In this document: positions 49,728 through 58,670 of the stretch, one piece after another
How the letters are laid out: the number at the start of each line of letters is the position of its first letter
How positions within the stretch are numbered: position 1 is the first letter of the stretch
Assembly: GCA_014729085.1 (NCBI GenBank)
Contig: WJKM01000011.1
Coordinates: forward strand, 170,852-234,851
Length of the DNA: 64,000 nt
Reading direction: 5' to 3'
Source of the DNA: Candidatus Dojkabacteria bacterium
GTDB lineage: Bacteria > Patescibacteriota > Dojkabacteria > B142 > WJKM01
Program-made: the position numbers and the translations under genes
The notes under the pieces: model-generated
The model's input: the letters and a program-made list of their open reading frames with translations, nothing else
What the model was told of the DNA's origin: nothing
The model's database searches: none

Positions 49728-51563
49728 ATGAAAAATATTTTTGTGAATCCATTTTTAAAACTCATTATTTTCTTTTCGGTTTTTTTTGTTTTCAATTTAG
49801 TTGGTTTTAGTACTGTACATGCAGATGAGTTTTTACTAGCTTTTCCAATTGAAGACAGTTTTTGTGAAAGAGCAGACGAAGGAGGTTTAGGAGAAGGATA
49901 TTGGAAAAAGTTTATTTTGGAAGATGCTACTGGACAAAGATATGATTTTATACATAGAAATTATCCATACAACGCTTCAGAAGGAGAGAATTTAAATATC
50001 TACATAGATCCTTTAGAATGCAACTGGGAACAAGGTCTAACTTTTAAAGTACTCATAGACACAGCTAATCTCCCTTTAAATTTAACCTTGACCTTGGTAG
50101 GAGAAGACACAACAGGGAATGAATTTACTGTTTCGGATCAGAGCAATAATTATGAACTTACTTTTCTTAATGCAGGTAGTGATGATTATGATGTATGGTG
50201 GGGAGGTGGGACTACCGAGGAACCTCCTGATGACCCAATTGAATTTTATCAGTCAGGTACTGGTCCTGAGCCTGGCGAACAACCAACATCGAGGCCTGCA
50301 CCAACAGTAGTCGAGGGTAGATGTTCGGAGTTAGGAGAATCTGATCCAAAATACCTAGAGAATTACTTTACCTGTACAATGGTTAGAGGACGAAGTGGTC
50401 GGACTGTAAGTCCAGGTGTTTCTGAAACATATTGCAATACTAGTGATGGATATTATGAGGATCCGAAATGTTTGGGAGGGGATCTAGGTGAGGATACTGT
50501 ATGCGTTCCTTGTATAACAGGAGAGTCCGGATCTGGTGAATATCAAGCTGATTGTTCCGCTACAGGAACTTGTGGAGGTGGGCTTGAATGTCGAGACATA
50601 GGGGGAAACTTAATATGTGTACACAGGTTTAGAAGTCAGGGAGAAGGTGAGAGATGTACTGTTGGAGCTCAGGAATGTGCATATACAAGATATTCTCCCT
50701 ATACCTGTGAAGCTAGTGATATTGGTGGGGCAGTTGGGGCTTTGGGAACTTGCGTTACTCGTAGTAGGACTGATATAGGGGATGATGAAGAAGCTTCCGG
50801 TGCTATTGGATTTTATAAATCAGCAGAATTAGAGGAGGAACAGGTTTTTTTAGAAATAAGCAAAGGTTCTTCAATGTCTCGTTATGAGGTAACAACATGC
50901 GAAGAAATAAATGCATGTGCAAGAGGAGAGCTGGCTGAATATGCAGTTGATCCAGCCGAACCAGGTAAGTACAAGATAAGAGTTTTTCGTTCAGGTAGCA
51001 CCGATGCAGAAGATGAAGATGAAATTGAGATAGGAGAAGGGGAGCAAAGAATGATTATAGTTCATCTTGAAGATGGAAAACTATCTTTGTCTGATATAGA
51101 GGCAGGTTATTTAGGAATAAGTTTATCTAATGAAGGACTTGAGGGTTGTGCTATAAGTACAGGATATGACCTAACTTGTGCAAATTGTATTGCCAGAAAA
51201 GCTAATGGTGACCCCTTTACAAGTATAGAAGAGGTTGTTGCATCTTTCCAAACGGGGGATGCAGCTTATACAAATAATGTTTATACAGCACTGGGTTGTT
51301 GGGATACTACATATGAAGGAACTCTTACAAGAGTATTACAGATAGGGTTAGGGATTTCGGGAGCATTAATACTTGTTAGAATGGGGCAGGCCTTAACCAA
51401 GATAATGTCAGCTGATAATCCTGAAAAGAAAAAAGAAGGAATCGATATGATAGTTTCTGCATTTATGGCATTGTTGATGTTATTGTTTGGAGCGATAGGG
51501 CTAAGGTTTTTAGGAATAAATGTACTTAAAGTCTTACCTCCTGGTACAATAGAAATAGAATGA
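49728..51563 (+). CDS. Cys-rich secreted protein with C-terminal CPR pilin-like (VirB2/TrbC-like) domain
   Basis: Signal peptide (VHA), Cys-rich middle, TALGC + two TM + NPEKKKEG. Confidence 0.75.
   Translation: MKNIFVNPFLKLIIFFSVFFVFNLVGFSTVHADEFLLAFPIEDSFCERADEGGLGEGYWKKFILEDATGQRYDFIHRNYPYNASEGENLNIYIDPLECNWEQGLTFKVLIDTANLPLNLTLTLVGEDTTGNEFTVSDQSNNYELTFLNAGSDDYDVWWGGGTTEEPPDDPIEFYQSGTGPEPGEQPTSRPAPTVVEGRCSELGESDPKYLENYFTCTMVRGRSGRTVSPGVSETYCNTSDGYYEDPKCLGGDLGEDTVCVPCITGESGSGEYQADCSATGTCGGGLECRDIGGNLICVHRFRSQGEGERCTVGAQECAYTRYSPYTCEASDIGGAVGALGTCVTRSRTDIGDDEEASGAIGFYKSAELEEEQVFLEISKGSSMSRYEVTTCEEINACARGELAEYAVDPAEPGKYKIRVFRSGSTDAEDEDEIEIGEGEQRMIIVHLEDGKLSLSDIEAGYLGISLSNEGLEGCAISTGYDLTCANCIARKANGDPFTSIEEVVASFQTGDAAYTNNVYTALGCWDTTYEGTLTRVLQIGLGISGALILVRMGQALTKIMSADNPEKKKEGIDMIVSAFMALLMLLFGAIGLRFLGINVLKVLPPGTIEIE
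51126..51560 (+). repeat. duplicated pilin-domain coding region (copy 2 at 52768-53202)
   Basis: ~145 C-terminal residues mostly identical between the two genes. Confidence 0.9.
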
Positions 51564-51603
51564 ATGCAGGAGATATATTATTAACAAAAGCTTAAAAAAT
51601 ACT

Positions 51604-53205
51604 ATGAACGTTGTCTTGAAGTTATTTAAGAGAATACCATTTTTTCTATGTATTTTTATCTTAGTTTTCGTTCTAGATATAAAGTTTAATAGAACTTATG
51701 TTTATGCCACTGATGTGATTTATGTGAGGATCAATAATACTTGTCCAAGGGAACCGAATCAATTAAAAAGTATAGATAGTTTTGAGGTAGAAGGATCTGA
51801 TCTTGAACCAATAATGACTAGCGGAATACTCGGTGCATACTGTCCCTCAGCTCCTGATGGAGGGCAGTTTTTCCAATGGTTTAATGGTCCTGCCGAGATG
51901 GAATATACTTTTCATTTAACTGGGGAATTTGAAAGCGGAGAGGAAATAGATGACGAGATGGTAACTGCAACACCTGTTGCTTCATCAGATGGAATGGGGG
52001 GTACATGGCATTATGTAGAGCTTACATTTGATCCGCCAAGCTCTGCAACTTCGACACCACCTACTACGGGTACTACAACTCTTACTCCAACAACAAGTCC
52101 AGGCAATAACCCAGGAACTATTAATTTCATCTCGCCTGTTTCATCAGTAACAAATGCTGGAGCTATACCGCTTGAGGTAAGTTTAGAAGATATAAATTGT
52201 GACGATGACTATTCCTTTCGTGTTGACATAACGGATATTTCAGGGGCACGAACAACAAATATTTTTTTTCAGAACATTGATAACGACGAGATAGATGATG
52301 GAGAATATTCAATATCCCAATCATTTGACCTCTTGAGAGATCCTCCTTGGTGCATCTCAACTGATGCTTGCAGCAATCAAGAGTTCAGGTTAACAGCATA
52401 TGCTGATTGTGGAAGCGAGACTAACAGAGGACAAAGGAATTTTACGATATATAAGGAATCCGAGGAAATAACTGATGTATCTATTGAAATCGAAACGGTA
52501 GATCTAGGCGATACTTATGAAATTCAACTCGCTTTCAACAATGAAAGAAGGAATTTTACTGAAGAAAGCGGGACAGAAGTATTTGAGAATGTGGCTTTTG
52601 GAAATCATCCTTATACTGCACGTGCTGTTTATACTGATGGGGACGAGGAAGTAACCGAAAATTATGAAGGAGAGGTAGAGGTTACAGAGCATAATCAGAT
52701 CATCATTATCAGAATAAGAAAAGGAGGCTCACATGCTGTCGTAGCGCCAATGAAATATGTATCAATTTCCAACGAGGGACTCGAAGGATGCGCAGTAAGT
52801 ACAGGGTACGACTTAACTTGTGCAAATTGCATTGCCAGAAAAGCAAATGGTGACCCCTTTACCAGTGTAGAAGAAGTTGTAACATCATTTGAATCTCAGG
52901 ATGCAATTTATACCAATAATGTATATACTGCATTTGGATGTTGGGATCCCACTTATTCCGGCACTATAACCAGAATACTACAAATAGGGCTAGGAATTTC
53001 GGGGGCAATGATACTTCTTAGAATAGGCCAAGCTCTAACAAAGATAATGTCGGCTGATAACCCTGAGAAAAAGAAAGAAGGAGTAGATATGATTGTTTCC
53101 GCATTCATGGCTTTGATTATGTTACTTTGTGGGGCTATTGGTTTACGTTTCTTGGGCATAAATGTACTTAAAGTTTTACCTCCTGGTACAATAGAAGTGG
53201 AGTAG
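51604..53205 (+). CDS. secreted protein with C-terminal CPR pilin-like domain (paralog of 49728)
   Basis: Unrelated N-terminal Ig-like region, Thr/Pro linker, shared C-terminus. Confidence 0.75.
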   Translation: MNVVLKLFKRIPFFLCIFILVFVLDIKFNRTYVYATDVIYVRINNTCPREPNQLKSIDSFEVEGSDLEPIMTSGILGAYCPSAPDGGQFFQWFNGPAEMEYTFHLTGEFESGEEIDDEMVTATPVASSDGMGGTWHYVELTFDPPSSATSTPPTTGTTTLTPTTSPGNNPGTINFISPVSSVTNAGAIPLEVSLEDINCDDDYSFRVDITDISGARTTNIFFQNIDNDEIDDGEYSISQSFDLLRDPPWCISTDACSNQEFRLTAYADCGSETNRGQRNFTIYKESEEITDVSIEIETVDLGDTYEIQLAFNNERRNFTEESGTEVFENVAFGNHPYTARAVYTDGDEEVTENYEGEVEVTEHNQIIIIRIRKGGSHAVVAPMKYVSISNEGLEGCAVSTGYDLTCANCIARKANGDPFTSVEEVVTSFESQDAIYTNNVYTAFGCWDPTYSGTITRILQIGLGISGAMILLRIGQALTKIMSADNPEKKKEGVDMIVSAFMALIMLLCGAIGLRFLGINVLKVLPPGTIEVE

Positions 53206-53247
53206 TTAAATTAATCTTTGAAGTCTAACTTTTAATTCAAGAAAATT

Positions 53248-53595
53248 ATGAATATAAAAAAATTGATTTATTCATTATTTTTATTATCCATGATTGTCGG
53301 TTTTAGATACAGAGTAATGGCTGTTACTATACCAAATCCTTTTGCCGGCGATTTCCTTGATAATTTTACAAGGATTACGAGTGTAATTAGACCCGCAACC
53401 GTGCTGAGCTTCTTAGGAGTTGTTTTGTGGGGAGGCTTTACTATAGAAACAGCTGGCGACAATGCAGATAAGATGTCTAAGGGATGGAAAATTATATTAG
53501 CTGGAATTATTGGTTTTGTAGTAATGATTATAGCACCTTCTCTTCCTGATTTTATAGCTATGATTTTTGGGACGGAAGGATTGATTGATTTTTGA
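53248..53595 (+). CDS. small VirB2/TrbC-like pilin
   Basis: Signal peptide, two TMs flanking AGDNADKMSKGWK. Confidence 0.75.
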   Translation: MNIKKLIYSLFLLSMIVGFRYRVMAVTIPNPFAGDFLDNFTRITSVIRPATVLSFLGVVLWGGFTIETAGDNADKMSKGWKIILAGIIGFVVMIIAPSLPDFIAMIFGTEGLIDF

Positions 53596-53629
53596 TTATT
53601 AAATATTCCAAATATTGGATATAAGTATA

Positions 53630-54577
53630 ATGATGACAAAGAATCCACAAGGGCTATTTATTAAGTTCACAAAATATTTTTTCATATTAACCTGTGCTTT
53701 TTCGGTATTTTCTATTAAAGTTAAAGCTCAGGAGGCTCCATTAATTGACTGGCGTTGCAGCAGGGAACAGTTATTTAGAAGTGATTCAGACAGAAATCAG
53801 CTAATAAAGAGGCAGGAAGAGGAAGGAGAAACCTGTGGTGATTCTTTGTCTGATGTATGCGAAAAAGGTTTTGAAGGATATGAAGAAGAAGACCCCTGTT
53901 GGGAACATTTGAAGTATTGTTATGCAAATAGTTGTTGTGTGGAAAATAATACTCAAGCGCAGTTAGTTTGTTTGGAACTGAATTATCCCGCTGGAAATGA
54001 AGCTACCAGTAGTCTTGGGGAGGGAGGAGTAAATTTTTTTAGAACTGACTTTATTCTTAATAAGAAAACTCTGCCCATAATTATAAGGATGGTATTAACA
54101 GTAATTTTTGCTGCATGGGTGATATATAAATTCTGGGATGCTATTAAAGGATTTGATTATTGGCTTCAAGCGGCTAACTCGGGAGAAGATGCAGAAAAGG
54201 CAAAGAATCATTTTACTCATGCAATGCTGGGTTCGGCAATTGGTGTTGCAGGAGTTTTACTTACTACTCTAATTTTTAAATTAGGTGGATATGACGAACC
54301 GTTTAATTTTGATCCGGATATAGATAGACTTTTAGATGTTGACTGTGTTGGGATTAGAGACAGTGCTGTTGAATGTGAACATTATGACTTAAGTTGTGAT
54401 TTATCTATTACCAGTTCACATAGAACGGCTGAAGAATGTGACCAATCGGAGAGGGAAGAACCAGGAACTTGCGAATTTACATGTACTAGCAAAGAGGAGG
54501 TAGAGACAGTCGAGAGTGCAGTAACATGCTGGGGAATAACAGGAATGGGAGGCCCTCTAGAAAGAAATTGTGATTAG
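53630..54577 (+). CDS. Cys-rich pilin-like domain protein (ATG 53630 preferred over TTG 53615)
   Basis: VKA signal, TM-AANSGEDAEKAK-TM, Cys-rich flanks. Confidence 0.7.
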   Translation: MMTKNPQGLFIKFTKYFFILTCAFSVFSIKVKAQEAPLIDWRCSREQLFRSDSDRNQLIKRQEEEGETCGDSLSDVCEKGFEGYEEEDPCWEHLKYCYANSCCVENNTQAQLVCLELNYPAGNEATSSLGEGGVNFFRTDFILNKKTLPIIIRMVLTVIFAAWVIYKFWDAIKGFDYWLQAANSGEDAEKAKNHFTHAMLGSAIGVAGVLLTTLIFKLGGYDEPFNFDPDIDRLLDVDCVGIRDSAVECEHYDLSCDLSITSSHRTAEECDQSEREEPGTCEFTCTSKEEVETVESAVTCWGITGMGGPLERNCD

Positions 54578-54600
54578 GGTATTTTTTATTTAATAGTTTT

Positions 54601-55359
54601 ATGAATCTAAAAAAGCTAATTAGAAAATTTGGATACTATTCATTTTTCCTTGTTTTTATTTTTTCTCTTATATTTACAAATGTATTGGCCCAGGATGATG
54701 GAGTTTCTATTTCTACTGGAGATGATGACTCGAGAAAAATATTTCTTCATATTTTCCCGCCTTCAACAATAGCTGATTTAAGGAAGTATGGAATATTGAG
54801 ATTCGCCGGTTATTTGGGGGTTATTATTGTGGCGGTTCTTCTTCTCGAAACAATTTTTGTCATTATTAAGACAGCAATGGAATTCTCAACAGACGAAGCA
54901 AAAGAGATAGAAGATGCATTCAAATCTACGCAAAACCTATGGCAAGGAGTAGGATGGGCATTAGGTTCTTTCATAGCATATGCAGGGATATCCATTTTTT
55001 TAGGGACAGGCAATATGTTTAATTGGGCATCAAAGCTTTATCAATGCAACACTGAAATTCTATTTAGAGCTGAATACAGAGCAGCGGTTATTAATCCAGA
55101 TTTATTCAAGGACGAAGTAATGATATATTGTTGCAGTAATCTTGAACGTGTAAATATCCCCGAAGATGAGAGAGGTGAAGGCAGACTTAGCATTTCAAGT
55201 TGGCATTCTTATACATATTCCAGGGATTTGGAAGCAGTCGGTGTGGGAACTAAAGAAGACGGGGGATGGCTCTTTATAGCTGACCCTGAAGGAACAGGTC
55301 CTAATGTTATCCCTTCAGATGTAAAGAGTTCACAGGGATGTGAAGAGTTTACTGTTTGA
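54601..55359 (+). CDS. pilin-like domain protein
   Basis: VLA signal, TM-FSTDEAKEIEDA-TM, Cys-containing C-terminus. Confidence 0.65.
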   Translation: MNLKKLIRKFGYYSFFLVFIFSLIFTNVLAQDDGVSISTGDDDSRKIFLHIFPPSTIADLRKYGILRFAGYLGVIIVAVLLLETIFVIIKTAMEFSTDEAKEIEDAFKSTQNLWQGVGWALGSFIAYAGISIFLGTGNMFNWASKLYQCNTEILFRAEYRAAVINPDLFKDEVMIYCCSNLERVNIPEDERGEGRLSISSWHSYTYSRDLEAVGVGTKEDGGWLFIADPEGTGPNVIPSDVKSSQGCEEFTV

Positions 55360-55426
55360 ACTAATATGAATATTGAGCTATTATGAACTTAGCGATAATT
55401 TATTTAAAATTTAAAATTTTCTGCCT

Positions 55427-56041
55427 ATGAAAAAAAGATCGATATTTTACACTTCTATGTTGTCGCTTTTTTTGTTTGCGATGACTTTGCAAGAGACATA
55501 TGCACAATGGTTACCGCCATTTCTACAGGATATGCTTGAGGGCAATGTGATTTTTAAAGCACAGAACAGAATAAAAGTTTTTTTTGTTCTTATGATTGGA
55601 GCTTTCCTCATTTTGGTTGTATTCATGATTATTAAAGGTTTAATGGACTTTTCAAGAGATGAAGCTCAAGAGATAAGTGACGCAGGAAAAGTCATGCAGA
55701 AGCAATTTGTTGCTGTGGGAGGTGTATTTGTTGCTGTCCTTGGATTAGCAGTTGTGTTAGTGTTTTTTGGTTCAACAATTATTCAACCTGAACCTGTTTG
55801 TATTGAATTTCCTGACAGTTATGGTTGCTGGGTTTGTCAAAATAAAGGGAAGGTCAATTTTGATTCTAGTGCTGGAGTATCGGCTGAAGATGCCTGTGCA
55901 GAATGTAATAGTCATCCCGATGATGGGCTGATTCCACCGAATGATATAGAGTGCAGAAGATCTATAGGGGCAGATGCACCAGATAAGGAAGGAGAATCTC
56001 TAACAGATGCAGAGATAGAAGAAGATTTGGGAATAACCTAA
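55427..56041 (+). CDS. pilin-like domain protein
   Basis: TYA signal, TM-FSRDEAQEISDA-TM (paralog of 54601), Cys-rich tail. Confidence 0.65.
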   Translation: MKKRSIFYTSMLSLFLFAMTLQETYAQWLPPFLQDMLEGNVIFKAQNRIKVFFVLMIGAFLILVVFMIIKGLMDFSRDEAQEISDAGKVMQKQFVAVGGVFVAVLGLAVVLVFFGSTIIQPEPVCIEFPDSYGCWVCQNKGKVNFDSSAGVSAEDACAECNSHPDDGLIPPNDIECRRSIGADAPDKEGESLTDAEIEEDLGIT

Positions 56042-56062
56042 GAATAAATATAAATTTAATTA

Positions 56063-56175
56063 AAAAATTGCAGGGGATTATACCTCTCCTAGATCAGAAT
56101 ATCCGATTGTCTCTCCCTCCGGTCAGTTAATCGTACTTTTGATTTAGACTCGGCACAAGGGATCGTGCAATTTTT
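56063..56175. ncRNA. candidate 113-nt rod-shaped structured RNA
   Basis: Nested stems AAAAATTGCA/TGCAATTTTT, CTAGATCAGAA/TTTTGATTTAG, CGATT/AATCG; GC-richer than flanks. Confidence 0.4.
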
Positions 56176-56243
56176 GACCGCAAATTGATAACATGATTAT
56201 TGCACAAATTCGTTTTCGATTAGTATATTAATTTTTTAAGTTA

Positions 56244-57293
56244 ATGAGAATCAAAAATTTTAAATATACTTTAAGGTATGTTGTATATGTACCTTTAGTT
56301 TCACTTCTCTTTTTTACAAACATTGTTTCACCAGTTTTTTCCCAATCTCAGGAAGATGTCAATCCTCTCTATGATGCCAGTAAGGAAGATCAGGTATTTG
56401 CAAATTACAACTATGATTGTTCAAATTTGGCTTGGCCGTCTAATGTAAAAGGTGTGTACAGAAAATTTTTGGATGGACCTCTTGATAGAAAATGGGCTTA
56501 TACCTTTTATATTTTCAAAAGTGATGAGAATATACTTGACTTAGAAAAACAGCATATAGATCATAAGGGGACAGCAAATGATCCATTTAGAACAGAAGAT
56601 AACGATAGACTTCTTTTAGGTCCTATGTATGTTTCAGATGAGGATGCAGAAACTTATGGTATTTTAGAAGAGTATGAAGGAAAAATTATTTGCTGGGCTG
56701 GATATTCAGGGGTTAAATGTAGTTCACCAAATGCATGGTATAAGGTATGTGCAGGTGAAGGTGTGGTCGATGCTTATCTATGTGATCCTAATGATAATAC
56801 GTTAGACCGAATAACTATAGAAACAGATGATTCTGGTCAGTGCGGACCAAGCGATATAGGTAAAGTTATAGAAAATACAGCAGGCGTAAGTGATTTAGCT
56901 GTAACTAATCCAAACATTGCTATGGCGAACTTCATACCGCCAGCGTTGCAGCAGTTGGAAAATTATTTTTTGGACTTTGTTTATCTAATTTGGGCTTTTG
57001 TTGGAACTTTTGCAGCGTTTCAGCTACTATATATTGGTTTCCAAATTATGGTTTCTGGCTTTAGTCCGGAACGTCTGGGTAAAGAATATTCCAAACTCGC
57101 ATATTGGGTAGTTGGCTTAATCGGCTTTTTTCTTGCAATTCCTGCACTACATTTCGTATATAATTCTTTAGATATTCGTCATACGAAATGTTTTTATTAC
57201 AGTGACGAAGAAAAAGGTTATGATTTAACTTTACCTGGATTTACTTTTTTCTTCAAAGATGTATGTACTGGAGAATATTCAATAGAAGAGTAA
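56244..57293 (+). CDS. secreted protein with C-terminal pilin-like domain
   Basis: Signal peptide; TM-GFQIMVSGFSPERLGK-TM. Confidence 0.7.
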   Translation: MRIKNFKYTLRYVVYVPLVSLLFFTNIVSPVFSQSQEDVNPLYDASKEDQVFANYNYDCSNLAWPSNVKGVYRKFLDGPLDRKWAYTFYIFKSDENILDLEKQHIDHKGTANDPFRTEDNDRLLLGPMYVSDEDAETYGILEEYEGKIICWAGYSGVKCSSPNAWYKVCAGEGVVDAYLCDPNDNTLDRITIETDDSGQCGPSDIGKVIENTAGVSDLAVTNPNIAMANFIPPALQQLENYFLDFVYLIWAFVGTFAAFQLLYIGFQIMVSGFSPERLGKEYSKLAYWVVGLIGFFLAIPALHFVYNSLDIRHTKCFYYSDEEKGYDLTLPGFTFFFKDVCTGEYSIEE

Positions 57294-57449
57294 ATGGGTA
57301 CTAGCAGAAGAAGATAATACTCCGGAAAAACAGCTTTCTGAACCATCTGATTATTTTTCTAAAATTTCTAATTCGTAAGGAGATTTATATGTTTGGAGTA
57401 ATATTCTTCTATACTATAAAATGAATTTAATAAATTAATCATATTAAGT

Positions 57450-58595
57450 ATGTTAAAAATTTTGCATACAGCCGATGTTCACTTAGGAGCTAAGTTATCG
57501 TGGCTTGGCAACAAAGCAGTTATTCAACAGAAGCAACTCCTTTCAACATTTTCCGAGATTATCGATTTAGCTATTGAGAAGAAGATCGATATATTATTAA
57601 TTTCCGGCGATCTTTTCGATATTTCGTACCCAAATGGAACTCTTGTATCAGCGGTTCAAGGCCAAATCAGGAGATTAAGTGATGAGAGAATTTATACAAT
57701 TATTATTCCTGGAAACCACGATAGATTAGAACCTGAGTCTATCTGGACAAAAAGGTTTACAGATAGTGATTATTGTTTTGTAATTAACAGTAAGGGAGCT
57801 AAAGTAATTAATTTGAAAGAATTGGGAGTTAAAATATTTGGACAAGGAACATATGATCAGTTTTCTGATGAGTCTCCTCTTAAACCTTTGATTGAAAAGA
57901 AAAAAAGTACGGAAAATAATAATTATTCTATAGCTATGGTACATGGTTCGGTTGGTATTCACGCACAGATTTCAAAGAATTACCCAATTAGCAAAGATGA
58001 GATTGAGGAATCAGAATTTGATTATATTGCTTTAGGAGATTGGCATGGAAATTTAGATGTTTCTCAAGGGGATACGAAAGCTTGGTATCCAGGATCTCCG
58101 GAGATAATCGCCAAGGATCAAAAAAAATCGGGATTTGTGATTTATGTTGAAATAGGAGAGGAGGTAAAGGTCGAGTCCTTACGGGTCGGTCAGAAGAAAA
58201 TACGGGAAAAGGAAATTAATCTAAACAAAATATCGCATAATGAAGAATCAACTAAGAAGTATATTGAGAAAAAAATAATGCAGGAATTGTCTGAAGAAGC
58301 GGATGAAGATACAATCGCTCTAGTAAAAATAATAGGAAAAAAGAAAATCGATTGGCAGATAGACGCTGATGACTTAGAATATCTACTTAAAGATAAATAT
58401 TTCTATCTGAAAGTTGAGGATGAAACACAATTAGAAGTGGAGGATAAGGAATTATCCAAATATCCTGAGGAGATGGTGATTGGGAGGTATATCAGGGATG
58501 TACGGAGTGCAATTCAAAAAGAGGATAATACTGCTAAAAAAGAACTTTTAAAAGATATTTTACAGGAAGGTGTAAATAGGTTGATCACAAAATAA
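57450..58595 (+). CDS. sbcD: Mre11/SbcD-family nuclease
   Basis: HTADVHLG, GDLFD, PGNHD, HG, ALGDWH, YPGSPE. Confidence 0.92.
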   Translation: MLKILHTADVHLGAKLSWLGNKAVIQQKQLLSTFSEIIDLAIEKKIDILLISGDLFDISYPNGTLVSAVQGQIRRLSDERIYTIIIPGNHDRLEPESIWTKRFTDSDYCFVINSKGAKVINLKELGVKIFGQGTYDQFSDESPLKPLIEKKKSTENNNYSIAMVHGSVGIHAQISKNYPISKDEIEESEFDYIALGDWHGNLDVSQGDTKAWYPGSPEIIAKDQKKSGFVIYVEIGEEVKVESLRVGQKKIREKEINLNKISHNEESTKKYIEKKIMQELSEEADEDTIALVKIIGKKKIDWQIDADDLEYLLKDKYFYLKVEDETQLEVEDKELSKYPEEMVIGRYIRDVRSAIQKEDNTAKKELLKDILQEGVNRLITK

Positions 58596-58670
58596 AAGAT
58601 TTTAATCGATAACTTAGTACTAAGAGATAAAAGTGATTGTAGAAATTAACGAACGATTTATCAAATTTCA

